Source of the DNA: an uncultured bacterium
GTDB lineage: Bacteria > Actinomycetota > Actinomycetes > Mycobacteriales > SCTD01
Length of the DNA: 34,321 nt
Reading direction: 5' to 3'
Assembly (NCBI GenBank): GCA_964243385.1
Contig: CAXTFU010000005.1
Location: forward strand, 8,713-43,033
This document shows, one piece after another, positions 17,708-28,205 of this stretch. Numbering within the stretch: the first letter of the stretch is position 1; each line of letters begins with the position of its first letter. Under the pieces are notes generated by a model. The model saw only the letters and a program-made list of their open reading frames with translations. It did no database searches and was not told the origin of the DNA. A program made the position numbers and the translations under genes.

Positions 17708-19000
17708 ATGCCCAGCCCCGTCCCGACCCCCGTCGCCGCCGTCCTCGGGATCGTGCCGACCGTCCTGGGCGGGGTCCGCCGCCTGCCGGGCAAGGCCATC
17801 GCCTTCCCGGTGCACGCGCTGAGCCTGTCGCTCATGACCCTCGACCGCAGCCGGCGCGAGTACGACGCGCTGGCCGAGCGCGGCGAGCGGCTCATCGCCC
17901 GCCTGCGCGGCGTCAGCCTCGACGAGGTCGAGGACCGCGTCGAGGACGGCCTGCAGGGCACGCCGCTGGCGGCGCCGTACGACGCCCTCGAGGACGCCCT
18001 GGAGGACGCCGCCGAGAACGTCACCGCACTCGTCCGCAAGGCCCCGGGCGCCGCGCGCCGGGCCGCCGGCACCGCGTCCGCGTCGACCGGCAAGGTGCTC
18101 GACCTCGCGGCCGACACCGTCGAGGACCTGTCGTCGGCCGCCGCCGGCGGGACGCAGGAGCTGGCCGCCGAGTTGGCCGACGACGTCTCGAGCGCCGCCT
18201 CCACCGCCGCCTCCACCGCGGCCACGGCCGTCTCGACGGCCGCCGCTGGCGCCGACGACGCGGTGTCCGGCGCCGTCGACACCGCCCGCGACGCCGCCAC
18301 GAGCGCGACCGGGACGGTCGCTGACGCAGCCGGGACGGTCGCCGACACCGCCGACGCGGCCGTCGACACCGCCGCCGAGGCCGTGCAGCGCGCTGCCGGC
18401 ACCGCGGCGGACACCGCCAGCACCACGGCCGACGCCGCAGCCGACGCCGTGGGCGCCGCGGCGGACACCAGCGCCGCGTCCGCCACCGCCCCCGGCGCTG
18501 CCCCGTCCGGCACCGAGGACGACCGCCCCGCCGACGAGGCCCCGAAGGGCGCGCCGACCCCTCGGGCCACCGAGCCGGAGATCACGCGCCACGACACCGC
18601 CGCCTCGTCCGACGTCGTCGAGGCCGTCGAGCGGGTGAGCGCCGCGGTCGGCGGGGCCGTGCTCGCGCACGACGACCTGCCGCTGCCCGACTACGACCAC
18701 ATGACGCTCGGCTCGCTGCGCGGGCGCATGCGCAGCCTGGACGTGCCGCAGCTGGTCCAGATCCGCGACTACGAGAAAGCGCACGCCAACCGGCTGCCGA
18801 TCGTGACGATGCTCGACAACCGCATCGCCAAGCTCGCCACCGATCCCACCGCGCCGCTGAGCGGCAGCTCGCCCACCGACCCGGTGCCCGCAACGTCGCG
18901 CGGCACCCGCCGCGGCTCGAAGGCCGACTCCTCGTCGTCCGGCCCGAAGATCAACCCGCCGTCGCAGGGCGACCCGACGAACCCGGCCCAGCCCCGCTAG
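17708..19000 (+). CDS. Lipid droplet-associated protein homolog (Rv1109c-like) with long Ala/Thr/Asp-rich repeat region
   Basis: GGAGG SD before ATG 17708. N-terminal REYDALAERGE and C-terminal LPDYDHMTLGSLRGRMRSL...YEKAHANR...TMLDNRI. Syntenic between ispH and xseA. Confidence 0.75.
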   Translation: MPSPVPTPVAAVLGIVPTVLGGVRRLPGKAIAFPVHALSLSLMTLDRSRREYDALAERGERLIARLRGVSLDEVEDRVEDGLQGTPLAAPYDALEDALEDAAENVTALVRKAPGAARRAAGTASASTGKVLDLAADTVEDLSSAAAGGTQELAAELADDVSSAASTAASTAATAVSTAAAGADDAVSGAVDTARDAATSATGTVADAAGTVADTADAAVDTAAEAVQRAAGTAADTASTTADAAADAVGAAADTSAASATAPGAAPSGTEDDRPADEAPKGAPTPRATEPEITRHDTAASSDVVEAVERVSAAVGGAVLAHDDLPLPDYDHMTLGSLRGRMRSLDVPQLVQIRDYEKAHANRLPIVTMLDNRIAKLATDPTAPLSGSSPTDPVPATSRGTRRGSKADSSSSGPKINPPSQGDPTNPAQPR

Positions 19001-19012
19001 GCACCGCCCGTC

Positions 19013-19053
19013 CGACGAGGCCGCTCCCCGTACGCCGGGGAGCGGCCTCGTCG
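19013..19053 (+). terminator. 18-bp perfect hairpin (terminator or REP-like)
   Basis: CGACGAGGCCGCTCCCCG-tacgc-CGGGGAGCGGCCTCGTCG, 12 nt after the stop of the Rv1109c-like gene; no U-tract. Confidence 0.6.
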
Positions 19054-19093
19054 CGTCCGGAGACGGTCGGACGTCCGCACTAGGCTCCGCGCC

Positions 19094-20293
19094 GTGGGAC
19101 TGGCCAACAGCGCGGAGCAGCCCCTGCCCGTCCGCACCGTCGCCCGGTCCATCGCCGAGTGGGTCGACCGGCTCGGCCGGGTCTGGGTCGAGGGCCAGGT
19201 CACCCAGGTGCACCGGCGCTCCGGCACGGCCTACCTCGTGCTGCGCGACCCGGTCGCCGACATGAGCCTCAACGTCACCTGCTCGCGGATGGTGTGCGAC
19301 GCCGTCGTCCCGGTGCTGTCCGAGGGCGACCGCGTCGTCGTGCACGGCAAGCCCGACTTCTACGCCGGCCGCGGCACGCTCAGCCTCAAGGCGATCGAGA
19401 TCCGGCCCGTCGGCGTGGGCGAGCTGCTCGCCCGGCTCGAGCGGCTCAAGGCGCTCATGGCGGCCGAGGGCCTGTTCGCGGCCGACCGCAAGCGGCCGCT
19501 GCCGTTCCTGCCGCGCCGCGTCGGGCTCGTCACCGGACGCGACAGCGCCGCCGAGCGCGACGTCCTCGAGAACGCCCGGCGACGCTGGCCGGCGGTCCGC
19601 ATCGAGGTGCGCGAGGTGGCCGTGCAGGGCCTGTCGGCGGTCGAGCAGGTCGTCGGCGCCCTGCAGGAGCTCGACCGGCACCCGGAGGTCGACGTCATCG
19701 TCGTCGCCCGGGGCGGCGGCAGCGTCGAGGACCTGCTGCCGTTCAGCGACGAGACGATGTGCCGCGCCGTCGTGGCCTGCCGCACGCCGGTCGTCAGCGC
19801 GATCGGGCACGAGCCCGACAGCCCGCTGCTCGACCTCGTCGCCGACGTGCGCTGCTCGACCCCGACGGACGCCGGCAAGCGCGTCGTCCCGGACGTCGCC
19901 GAGGAGGGCCGGCGCCTGCGCCAGGCGCGCGACCGGTGCCGCCGGGTCGTGCACGGCACGGTCGCCCGCGAACGCGCCCACCTGGCGGCGCTGCGCAGCC
20001 GTCCGGTGCTCGCGGCGCCGGTGACGCTCGTCGACGTGCGGCGCGCCGGCGTCGTCGAGCTGCGGGACCGGGCCCGCCGCAGCACCGGCGCGCGCCTGCA
20101 GGCCGCGAGCAGCGACCTCGCGCACGTGCTGGCCCGCGTCGTCGCCCTGAGCCCGCAGGCCACCCTCGACCGCGGCTACGCCGTCGTGCAGGACGAGGAC
20201 GGCGCCGTCGTCCGCGACGCCGACGCCGTGGAGCCCGGCACCGACCTGCAGGTGCGGCTGGCGCGCGGCACGCTGCTCGTCACGGCCGACTGA
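19094..20293 (+). CDS. xseA: Exodeoxyribonuclease VII large subunit
   Basis: OB-fold [49 protein letters not shown] lies 7 nt upstream of the GTG. Confidence 0.97.
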   Translation: MGLANSAEQPLPVRTVARSIAEWVDRLGRVWVEGQVTQVHRRSGTAYLVLRDPVADMSLNVTCSRMVCDAVVPVLSEGDRVVVHGKPDFYAGRGTLSLKAIEIRPVGVGELLARLERLKALMAAEGLFAADRKRPLPFLPRRVGLVTGRDSAAERDVLENARRRWPAVRIEVREVAVQGLSAVEQVVGALQELDRHPEVDVIVVARGGGSVEDLLPFSDETMCRAVVACRTPVVSAIGHEPDSPLLDLVADVRCSTPTDAGKRVVPDVAEEGRRLRQARDRCRRVVHGTVARERAHLAALRSRPVLAAPVTLVDVRRAGVVELRDRARRSTGARLQAASSDLAHVLARVVALSPQATLDRGYAVVQDEDGAVVRDADAVEPGTDLQVRLARGTLLVTAD

Positions 20294-20339
20294 GCACGGC
20301 CACCGGGCAGCGCGCGCCGCTGCGTCGTAGGTTCGGCGG

Positions 20340-20546
20340 ATGAGCGAGCCGTCCCCCGACCTGTCCTACGAGGCCGCCCGCGACGAGCTGGCGGAGGTCG
20401 TCCGGCAGCTCGAGCAGGGCGGCGCGACGCTCGAGCAGTCCCTGGCGCTGTGGGAGCGCGGCGAGGAGCTCGCGCAGGTCTGCCAGCGCTGGCTGGACGG
20501 TGCCCAGGCCCGGCTCGACGCTGCGCTCGAGCCCGGTGGCGGCTGA
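20340..20546 (+). CDS. xseB: Exodeoxyribonuclease VII small subunit
   Basis: [35 protein letters not shown]; follows xseA. Confidence 0.95.
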   Translation: MSEPSPDLSYEAARDELAEVVRQLEQGGATLEQSLALWERGEELAQVCQRWLDGAQARLDAALEPGGG

Positions 20547-20564
20547 GCGGCTGCCGCTGCGCCG

Positions 20565-21140
20565 TCAGGGCTCGAGCGAGCCGGCCAGCTCGTCGAGCTC
20601 GTCGCGGCCGGCCGTCGAGCGCAGGGTCCCGACCACGACGGTCGACGCCCCCGAGGTGCGGACGAGCGACAGCGCCCCGCCGTCGCGCCGCTGCGCCCAG
20701 CGAACGCCCTCGACCTGCACGTCCGGCAGCTCCTGCGCGCCGGCGCCGACGATCTCGTCGAGGTCGTCGGCCGGCGCGGTGGTCGCCGCGTACTCGGCGT
20801 ACTTCCCGTCCGGGGTCACGTAGCCGATGCGCAGCGTGCCGGCCGTGAGCGTCGACGACGTCGGGCGCCAGCCGTCCGGCAGGTCCTGCGGCACGGGCAC
20901 GCCGGGCACGTCGGCCGAGAAGGCCGCGATGTCGGACGTCGGGTCGACGACGCGGACCTGCTGCTCGTCGCTGTCCGGCGGCTGGGCGAGGAACCACATG
21001 CCGACCACCAGGACGAGCACGACGCTCAGCGACCGGATCATGTCGCCGGCGGTCTCGCGGCCGCGCTTCTTCTTCGTCGCGGCGCTCGCGCCGGCAGGCG
21101 CCGGCGCGCTGCCCGCCTCGTCCTCGACCACGTCCGCCAC
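20565..21140 (-). CDS. DUF4245-domain membrane-anchored protein (Rv1100-like)
   Basis: ETAGDMIRSL plus a TM helix, LPDGWRPTS, IGYVTPDGKY; syntenic. GTG start at 21140 is inferred. Confidence 0.85.
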   Translation of the reverse strand: MADVVEDEAGSAPAPAGASAATKKKRGRETAGDMIRSLSVVLVLVVGMWFLAQPPDSDEQQVRVVDPTSDIAAFSADVPGVPVPQDLPDGWRPTSSTLTAGTLRIGYVTPDGKYAEYAATTAPADDLDEIVGAGAQELPDVQVEGVRWAQRRDGGALSLVRTSGASTVVVGTLRSTAGRDELDELAGSLEP

Positions 21141-21225
21141 GCCTCCAGTGTCGCGCAGTCCGGCGGGCCCCGCCCTGCCAGCCCTGCCCCGCCCTGCCAG
21201 CGCTGCCCTGCGAGCGGCAGGCGGG

Positions 21226-21861
21226 CTAGGGAGCGCCGCCGATGCGGCCGATGAGGGCGAGCACGTCGGTCGCGAGGCGACGGGCCGACTCCTCGTCCTC
21301 GCAGACGGCGACCTCGTGGCCGGCCTCGCTGACGACGGTGGTGAGGACGAGCACGAGCGCGTCGCCCCACGGCTCGACGCCGTCCTCGGGGCCGTGGCGC
21401 AGCAGGGTGGCGTTGCGGGCGGTCCACTCGCGGTAGCGCCGGCGGGCGACGAGCTCGAAGCCGGGGGGCCCGCCACCGGCGAGGAACAGCCGGGCGAGGT
21501 CGCGCTCGGTCCAGCAGCCCTCGAGGTAGGCGCGGCTGCCCGTCACGAACAGGCTGACGGGGTCGGTCGCGCCGTCCGCCCGCGCGGAGCGGACCGCCGC
21601 GGCGGCCCGGCCCTCCTGGCGCTGCTGGTAGTCCTCGAACAGCGCGAGGTACAGCTCGGCCTTGCCGCCGAAGTGGTGGTAGAGGCTGCCCACGCTGGCG
21701 CCCGCCCCGGCGACGACGTCGGCGATGGACGCCTCCGCGAAGCCGGACGCCGTGAAGACCTCGCGGGCGGCGGCGAGCAGCGCGCCGCGCGTCGACGCGG
21801 CCCTCCGGCCGGCGCGCGCCGGGGGCGGTGACGTCGAGCCTGGCAGCGACACCGCGCTCAC
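21226..21861 (-). CDS. TetR/AcrR family transcriptional regulator
   Basis: TRGALLAAAREVF...GFAEASIADVVAGAGASVGSLYHHFGGKAELY; GTGA overlap with the flavin reductase stop. Confidence 0.92.
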   Translation of the reverse strand: MSAVSLPGSTSPPPARAGRRAASTRGALLAAAREVFTASGFAEASIADVVAGAGASVGSLYHHFGGKAELYLALFEDYQQRQEGRAAAAVRSARADGATDPVSLFVTGSRAYLEGCWTERDLARLFLAGGGPPGFELVARRRYREWTARNATLLRHGPEDGVEPWGDALVLVLTTVVSEAGHEVAVCEDEESARRLATDVLALIGRIGGAP

Positions 21862-22469
21862 GGCTGCGGCGCCAGCTCGGAGAACGGGACGCGGCGGTGC
21901 GCGCTGACCGGCCCGAGCGCGCTCCAGTCGTCGCCGCCGAGCCGGGCGAGGGGACGCAGCAGGTCGACGGCCGGCCGGCCGTCGCGCAGGACGCGCTCGT
22001 CGACGGCCACCCAGACGACCTCGCCGAACACCACCGTCGAGCCTCCGCCGAACTCGTGCGTGCCGACGACGCGGCACTCGAGCGCGACGGGTGACTCGGC
22101 CACCCGGGGCGGGGCGACGAGGTGGCTCGGCTCGCGGGTGAGCCCGACGGCGTCGAACTCGCTGACGTCGGCCGGGAAGTCGGTGGCCGTCCGGTTGACC
22201 TGCTCGAGCAGCGGCTGCGGGGACAGGGCGACGACGAACTCGCCGGTCTCGAGCGCGTTGCGCAGCGAGTCCTTGGTGCCCACGGAGGTGAACTGCACGA
22301 CCGGCGGCTGCACCGAGGAGATGGTGAAGAACGAGTGCGGGGCCAGGTTGTCGACGCCGGCGGCGCTGCGGGTGCTCACCCAGGCGATCGGGCGCGGCAC
22401 CACCACGCTGGTGAGCAGGGGGTAGACGGAGGGGCCGAGGTCGGCAGGGTCGAAGTCGCGGCGCGGCAC
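21858..22469 (-). CDS. Flavin reductase family protein (DIM6/NTAB-like)
   Basis: VVPRPIAWVST, NLAPHSFF, KDSLRN, PPRVAESPVALEC, PLARLG motifs. Confidence 0.9.
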   Translation of the reverse strand: MPRRDFDPADLGPSVYPLLTSVVVPRPIAWVSTRSAAGVDNLAPHSFFTISSVQPPVVQFTSVGTKDSLRNALETGEFVVALSPQPLLEQVNRTATDFPADVSEFDAVGLTREPSHLVAPPRVAESPVALECRVVGTHEFGGGSTVVFGEVVWVAVDERVLRDGRPAVDLLRPLARLGGDDWSALGPVSAHRRVPFSELAPQP

Positions 22470-22566
22470 GCGCCCACTGTGCCACCGCGCCGGGCTCTCG
22501 CCCCCGGCCCGACGGTCGCGGGGCGGACGACCCCGGCCTGTCACACGCCCGCCGTAAGGTGCGGCC

Positions 22567-23589
22567 ATGAGCAGCCCCACGCAGGCGCCGGCCGCCGAGG
22601 CGCCCGACCGCAACCTCGCCCTCGAGCTCGTCCGGGTCACCGAGGCCGCGGCCATGGCGGCCGGCCGGTGGGTCGGCCGCGGCGACAAGAACGGCGGTGA
22701 CGGCGCCGCCGTCGACGCGATGCGCCAGCTCATCGGCACCGTCTCGATGCGCGGCGTCGTCGTCATCGGCGAGGGCGAGAAGGACGCGGCGCCGATGCTG
22801 TTCAACGGCGAGGAGGTCGGCTGCGGCGAGGGCCCCGAGTGCGACGTCGCCGTCGACCCGATCGACGGCACCACGCTCATGGCCAAGGGCATGCCGAACG
22901 CGATCGCCGTCATGGCGGTCGCCGAGCGCGGGACCATGTACGACCCGAGCTCGGTGTTCTACATGGAGAAGCTCGTCACCGGCGCCGAGGCGGCCGACGT
23001 CGTCGACATCACCGCGCCGGTCGCGCACAACGTGCAGGCGGTCGCGAAGGCCAAGGGCGGCGCCGTCGAGGACGTCACCGTGTGCATCCTCGACCGCCCC
23101 CGCCACGAGGACCTCGTCCGCGAGGTGCGCGAGGCCGGCGCCCGCATCACCTTCATCTCCGACGGCGACGTCGCCGGCGCCGTCATGGCCTGCTCGGAGG
23201 GCACCGGCGTCGACCTGCTGCTCGGCATCGGCGGCACACCCGAGGGGATCATCACCGCCTGCGCGGTGAAGTGCCTCGGCGGCACCATCCAGGCCAAGCT
23301 GTGGCCGCAGAAGAAGAGCGAGTTCGCGAACGCCGCCGCCGCCGGGCTCGACCTCGACGCCGTGCTGTCGACCGACGACCTCGTCCGCAGCGACAACGTG
23401 TTCTTCGTCGCGACCGGCATCACCGACGGCGAGCTGGTCCGGGGCATCCGCTACCGGGCCGGCGGCGCGACGACCGAGTCGCTCGTCATGCGCAGCAAGA
23501 GCGGCACGATCCGCCGGGTGAGCAGCCAGCACCGGCTGACCAAGCTGCGGGCGTACTCGCTCATCGACTTCGAGCACCACGGCAGCTGA
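22567..23589 (+). CDS. glpX: Class II fructose-1,6-bisphosphatase
   Basis: [52 protein letters not shown]. Confidence 0.98.
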   Translation: MSSPTQAPAAEAPDRNLALELVRVTEAAAMAAGRWVGRGDKNGGDGAAVDAMRQLIGTVSMRGVVVIGEGEKDAAPMLFNGEEVGCGEGPECDVAVDPIDGTTLMAKGMPNAIAVMAVAERGTMYDPSSVFYMEKLVTGAEAADVVDITAPVAHNVQAVAKAKGGAVEDVTVCILDRPRHEDLVREVREAGARITFISDGDVAGAVMACSEGTGVDLLLGIGGTPEGIITACAVKCLGGTIQAKLWPQKKSEFANAAAAGLDLDAVLSTDDLVRSDNVFFVATGITDGELVRGIRYRAGGATTESLVMRSKSGTIRRVSSQHRLTKLRAYSLIDFEHHGS

Positions 23590-23661
23590 CCCGCTGCGCC
23601 TGCTCCCGACGTTCCGGCACGCCTCCGTCTCAGAAGCCGCTGAGGGGGTACCGCGACCGCC

Positions 23662-24735
23662 ATGGCCACCGAGACCCGCGGCACCGTCCTCGTCGCGCTC
23701 GCCGCGAACACCGCCGTGGCGATCGCGAAGGGCATCGGCGGGCTGCTGAGCGGCTCGGCGGCGCTCATGTCGGAGGCCGCGCACTCGGTCGCCGACACGC
23801 TCAACGAGGTCTTCCTGCTGCTGTCGCTGTCCAAGGCCGAGCGGCCCGCCGACCGCACCCACCCCTTCGGCTACGGCAAGGAGCGGTTCTTCTGGTCGCT
23901 GCTCGCCGCCGTCGGCATCTTCGTCTCGGGCGCCGGCTACTCCGCCTACGAGGGCATCAAGGCGCTGCGCGGCGAGGGCGAGGAGCCGAGCGCCCGGCAG
24001 TTCCTCATCGTCTACGTCGTGCTGGGCGTCGCCCTCGTGCTGGAGGGCCTGTCGCTCGCCAAGGCGGTCAAGCAGGTGCGCGGCGAGGCCGCCGAGGCCC
24101 ACCGCAGCGCGTTCGCCTTCGTCCGCCGCAGCCCCGACCCGACCGTGAAGACGGTCGCGAGCGAGGACACCGTCGCGGTCATCGGTGTCGTCGTCGCGCT
24201 CGCCGGGACCGTGCTGCACCAGCTCACCGGCAACGAGGTCTTCGACGGCATCGCCTCGCTCATGATCGCCGCGCTGCTCGCCTACATCGCGTTCGTGCTC
24301 GGCCGCGACACCAAGGAGCTGCTCATCGGCGAGGCGGCCGACCCGGCGGTCCGGCTCGCGGCCTTCGACGTGCTCGACAGCCGGCCGGAGGTCGCCGAGG
24401 TCAAGGAGATGCTCACGATGCAGCTCGGCCCCACGTCGGCGCTGCTCGCCGCACGCGTGCAGTTCACGCCGTCGCTGACCGCCGACCAGCTCGAGCAGGT
24501 CTGCACCGAGATCGAGGTCGAGATGCACCGGCGCGCACCGTCGCTCGTGCAGGTGTTCCTCGACCCGAGCCGGGTCGAGGAGGTCGACCGCGAGCGCGGC
24601 CGGGCACAGCTCGCGCTCACCACCGACGAGGTCCGCGAGCTCGACGGCGAGCAGGGGCTGCAGCGGCTGCGCACGTCCACCAGACGACGGGCGCAGGACG
24701 GGGGGCGCCCGCCGGTCAGCCGACGGGCTGCGTGA
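23662..24735 (+). CDS. Cation diffusion facilitator family transporter
   Basis: SEAAHSVAD, PADRTHPFGYGKERFFW, TM helices and a cytoplasmic dimerisation domain. Confidence 0.92.
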   Translation: MATETRGTVLVALAANTAVAIAKGIGGLLSGSAALMSEAAHSVADTLNEVFLLLSLSKAERPADRTHPFGYGKERFFWSLLAAVGIFVSGAGYSAYEGIKALRGEGEEPSARQFLIVYVVLGVALVLEGLSLAKAVKQVRGEAAEAHRSAFAFVRRSPDPTVKTVASEDTVAVIGVVVALAGTVLHQLTGNEVFDGIASLMIAALLAYIAFVLGRDTKELLIGEAADPAVRLAAFDVLDSRPEVAEVKEMLTMQLGPTSALLAARVQFTPSLTADQLEQVCTEIEVEMHRRAPSLVQVFLDPSRVEEVDRERGRAQLALTTDEVRELDGEQGLQRLRTSTRRRAQDGGRPPVSRRAA

Positions 24736-25747
24736 TCCGGCCGGGAGTGCCGGCCGCCTCGAGCTCGGCGAGCGCGCCGTTCACGAGCGCCAGGTGCGGC
24801 GGCACGTGGCCGCAGTCGACGTCCAGCACCACCGGGACGTCGAGCCCGTCCAGCGCGCTCCGCACCGCGTCCTGCTGGGTGAAGCCGGGGCTGTCGGGGG
24901 CGCTCGTGCGCCCGACCAGCACGGCCGTCGCGACGTCGAACCACCCTGCGAGGCGCATCCGCCACAGGTCGCGCGCGATGTCGAGGGCGACGTCGCCGCC
25001 CGCCTCCAGGTAGAGCAGCAGCCCCTCCGGCGCGTGCTCCTGCGCGAACCCCGGCACGTCGCCGTACGCGGTGCCGGCGAGGATCGACACCGTCTCGATG
25101 CAGCCGCCGAGCAGGCGACCCGTCGCGCGCACCGGACCGGCGCCGGGGTCGAGCAGCCGCCAGCCGCCGGGGCTGTCGTACGACCGCTCGTCGAAGGTCG
25201 GGTCGTCCTGCCAGGAGTCGAAGCCGTGCGCCCGCACGCGCTCGGCCGGGCCCTGCACGAGGCGGGCGCCCGCGGGAGCGGCCGCGACGTCGAGCCAGTG
25301 CAGCAGCGGCGGGTCGACGCGGTAGGGCGTGTCGAGCAGGTTCTGCCCGTGCAGCGTCGCCAGGCCGCCGACCGTCGTCAGGGGCAGCAGCAGCGTCGAG
25401 AGGTCGGAGAAGCCGACGACCCACGTCGGGTCGACGCCCCGCAGCGCCGGCAGGTCGAGGTGCGGGAGGACCTCGACCCCCAGTTCGCCGCCCCAGGGCG
25501 GCACCACGGCCCGCACCGCCGGGTCGAGCAGCATCGCCATGAGCTCGTCGGCCCGCTCCCGCGCCGGAGCGCTCACGACACCAGCCCCGTCCAGGCACCT
25601 CCCGACGACGACCTCGAAGCCCCGCCGCCGCAGGTCCTCGACGCAGAACGCCAGCCGCGGCCGCAGGTCGGCGGGCACGCCCGCCGACGGCGCGGTCACG
25701 CCGATGCGGTCGCCGGGGCGCAGCGGGGCCGGGAAGCGGACGCTCAC
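24716..25747 (-). CDS. S66 family peptidase (LD-carboxypeptidase / MccF-like)
   Basis: PLRPGDRIGVTAPS, WGG, GFSD (Ser), YLE (Glu), DCGH (His). Confidence 0.9.
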   Translation of the reverse strand: MSVRFPAPLRPGDRIGVTAPSAGVPADLRPRLAFCVEDLRRRGFEVVVGRCLDGAGVVSAPARERADELMAMLLDPAVRAVVPPWGGELGVEVLPHLDLPALRGVDPTWVVGFSDLSTLLLPLTTVGGLATLHGQNLLDTPYRVDPPLLHWLDVAAAPAGARLVQGPAERVRAHGFDSWQDDPTFDERSYDSPGGWRLLDPGAGPVRATGRLLGGCIETVSILAGTAYGDVPGFAQEHAPEGLLLYLEAGGDVALDIARDLWRMRLAGWFDVATAVLVGRTSAPDSPGFTQQDAVRSALDGLDVPVVLDVDCGHVPPHLALVNGALAELEAAGTPGRITQPVG

Positions 25748-25788
25748 GCACCGATCCTCTCCCGCCCCCGGCTCGTACGCTCGGGCCG

Positions 25789-26547
25789 GTGCGCATCGTC
25801 ACCTGGAACGTGAACTCGATCGGCGCCCGCCTGCCCCGCCTGCTGCCGTGGCTCGAGGAGCACGCCCCGGACGTCGTCGCGCTGCAGGAGACCAAGTGCG
25901 CGGACAGCGCCTTCCCCTACGCCGACCTCGCCGCGCTCGGGTACGAGGCCGCGCACTCCGGGGACGGCCGCTGGAACGGCGTCGCCGTGCTGTCGCGCGT
26001 CGGGCTCGCCGACGTCTCGCTCGAGCTGGACGGCCACCCCGAGCCGCGGCTCGCGTCCGCGCAGTGCGGGCCGCTGCACGTGACGTCGGTGTACGTGCCG
26101 AACGGCCGGTCGCTCGACGACCCGCACTACGCCTACAAGCTCGCCTGGTTCGCCTCGCTGCGCGAGCGGCTCGACCGCTTCGACCCGGCCCAGCCGCTCG
26201 TCGTCATGGGCGACTTCAACGTGGCGCTGCGCGACCGCGACGTGTGGGACATCGGCGCCTTCGCCGGCTCGACGCACGTCACGCCGGCCGAGCGCGCCGC
26301 GGTACAGGCGCTGCTCGACTGGGGCCTGGTCGACGTCGAGGTGCGGCCCGGCAAGGGCGACGTCCCGTACACCTACTGGGACTACCGGGCCGGGATGATG
26401 CACAAGAACCTCGGCATGCGCATCGACTACGTGCTCGCCACCGGCGCCCTGCCGGTGACCGGCGGCCACGTCGACCGCGAGGCCCGCAAGGGCAAGGGCG
26501 CGTCCGACCACGCGCCCGTCGTGGTCGACGTCGACCTGCCGACGTGA
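25789..26547 (+). CDS. xth: Exodeoxyribonuclease III (AP endonuclease)
   Basis: TWNVNS, LQETK, YVPNG, GDFN, RIDY, SDHAP. Confidence 0.95.
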   Translation: MRIVTWNVNSIGARLPRLLPWLEEHAPDVVALQETKCADSAFPYADLAALGYEAAHSGDGRWNGVAVLSRVGLADVSLELDGHPEPRLASAQCGPLHVTSVYVPNGRSLDDPHYAYKLAWFASLRERLDRFDPAQPLVVMGDFNVALRDRDVWDIGAFAGSTHVTPAERAAVQALLDWGLVDVEVRPGKGDVPYTYWDYRAGMMHKNLGMRIDYVLATGALPVTGGHVDREARKGKGASDHAPVVVDVDLPT

Positions 26548-26756
26548 CCGACGGGCGCCTGCCGGACGACGTGCTGCTCGCCGACGAGCGGGCGGTCACC
26601 GTGGGCCTGGGCCTCGACGACCTCGTGGCGCACAACCGGAGGAGCCCGCGGTCGCTGCGGTGGGTGCTCGCGCACCTGGTCCGCGAGACGGCCCGGCACG
26701 CCGGGCACGGCGACGTCCTGCGCGAGCAGCTGCTCGACGGCGCACCCCCGGCCTGA
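26544..26756 (+). pseudogene. Internally deleted DinB/DUF664-family gene remnant (70 aa)
   Basis: N-terminal LLADER joined almost directly to the C-terminal SLRWVLAHLVRETARHAGHGDVLREQL; GTGA overlap with xth. Confidence 0.65.
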
Positions 26757-26789
26757 GCCCCCGGCGGACGCACCGGCAGGATGGGCGCC

Positions 26790-28205
26790 ATGACCGAGCA
26801 GCCCGGCGGCACGCCGCAGTTCCGCACCGAGCACGACAGCATGGGCGACGTCCAGGTGCCCTACGACGCCAAGTACCGCGCGCAGACGCAGCGGGCCGTG
26901 GAGAACTTCCCGGTGAGCGGGCAGCGCCTCGAGCGCGCCCACATCGAGGCGCTGGCCCGCATCAAGGCCGCCGCCGCCAAGGTGAACGCGCAGCTGGGCG
27001 TGCTCGAGGAGCCGCTGGCGCAGGCGGTGCAGGACGCCGCGGCCGAGGTCGCCGACGGCCGCTGGGACGGGCACTTCCCGATCGACGTCTTCCAGACCGG
27101 GTCCGGCACGTCGTCGAACATGAACGCCAACGAGGTCATCGCCACGCTCGCCACCGAGCGGCTCGGCAGCCCGGTGCACCCGAACGACCACGTCAACGCC
27201 TCGCAGTCGAGCAACGACGTGTTCCCGAGCTCGATCCACATCGCCGCCACGAGCGCCGTCGTGCACGACCTGCTCCCTGCGCTCGACCACCTCGCCGCCT
27301 CGCTCGAGCGCAAGCGCGAGCAGTGGGCGACGGTCGTCAAGAGCGGCCGCACGCACCTCATGGACGCCACGCCGGTGACCCTCGGCCAGGAGTTCGGCGG
27401 CTACGCGGCGCAGGTGCGCTACGGCATCGAGCGGCTGCAGTCGTCCCTCCCCCGCCTCGCCGAGCTGCCGCTGGGCGGCACCGCGGTCGGGACCGGCATC
27501 AACACCCCGGCCGGCTTCAGCGCCGCCGTCATCGCCGAGGTCGCCGCCGCCACCGGCCTGCCGCTCACCGAGGCCCGCGACCACTTCGAGGCGCAGGGCG
27601 CCCGCGACGCGCTCGTCGAGGCGTCCGGTCAGCTGCGGACGATCGCCGTCGGCCTCTACAAGATCGCCAACGACCTGCGCTGGATGGGCTCCGGGCCGCG
27701 CGCCGGGCTCGGCGAGCTGCTCCTGCCCGACCTGCAGCCGGGCAGCTCGATCATGCCCGGCAAGGTGAACCCGGTGATCCCGGAGGCGACCTGCATGGTC
27801 GTCGCGCAGGTCGTCGGCAACGACGCCGCGATCGCGTTCGCCGGCGCGTCCGGCAACTTCGAGCTCAACGTCATGCTGCCGGTGATGGCCCGCAACCTGC
27901 TCGAGTCGATCCGGCTGCTCGCGAACATCTCGCGCCTGCTCGCCGACCGCACCGTCGACGGCACCGTCGCCGACGAGGAGCGCTGCCGCGAGCTCGCCGA
28001 GTCGTCGCCGAGCATCGTCACGCCGCTCAACAAGTACCTCGGCTACGAGGTCGCGGCGAAGGTCGCGAAGTCGTCGCTGAAGGAGCGCAAGACGATCCGC
28101 CAGGTCGTGCTCGAGGGCGGGTACGTCGACCGCGGCGACCTGACCGAGGAGCAGCTCGACAGCGCGCTCGACGTCCTGTCGATGACCCGGCCGCCCCCCC
28201 CCTGA
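26790..28205 (+). CDS. fumC: Class II fumarate hydratase
   Basis: [39 protein letters not shown] signature. Confidence 0.97.
   Translation: MTEQPGGTPQFRTEHDSMGDVQVPYDAKYRAQTQRAVENFPVSGQRLERAHIEALARIKAAAAKVNAQLGVLEEPLAQAVQDAAAEVADGRWDGHFPIDVFQTGSGTSSNMNANEVIATLATERLGSPVHPNDHVNASQSSNDVFPSSIHIAATSAVVHDLLPALDHLAASLERKREQWATVVKSGRTHLMDATPVTLGQEFGGYAAQVRYGIERLQSSLPRLAELPLGGTAVGTGINTPAGFSAAVIAEVAAATGLPLTEARDHFEAQGARDALVEASGQLRTIAVGLYKIANDLRWMGSGPRAGLGELLLPDLQPGSSIMPGKVNPVIPEATCMVVAQVVGNDAAIAFAGASGNFELNVMLPVMARNLLESIRLLANISRLLADRTVDGTVADEERCRELAESSPSIVTPLNKYLGYEVAAKVAKSSLKERKTIRQVVLEGGYVDRGDLTEEQLDSALDVLSMTRPPPP

Noticed and set aside
21171-21210. Short GCCCTGCC repeats between TetR and DUF4245
   Set aside because: Low-complexity, irregularly spaced, with no supportable function.
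21226-24528. 1100-aa ORF suggesting a giant TetR fusion
   Set aside because: Only the last 211 aa are TetR; the rest is antisense to glpX and the CDF gene or out of frame with the flavin reductase.
24716-25747. S66 peptidase as microcin C immunity within a bacteriocin cluster
   Set aside because: No precursor, adenylase or exporter genes nearby; stand-alone S66 peptidases are common.
28194-28202. C9 homopolymer at the end of fumC as a phase-variation site
   Set aside because: It lies immediately before the stop codon, so slippage would alter only the tail.
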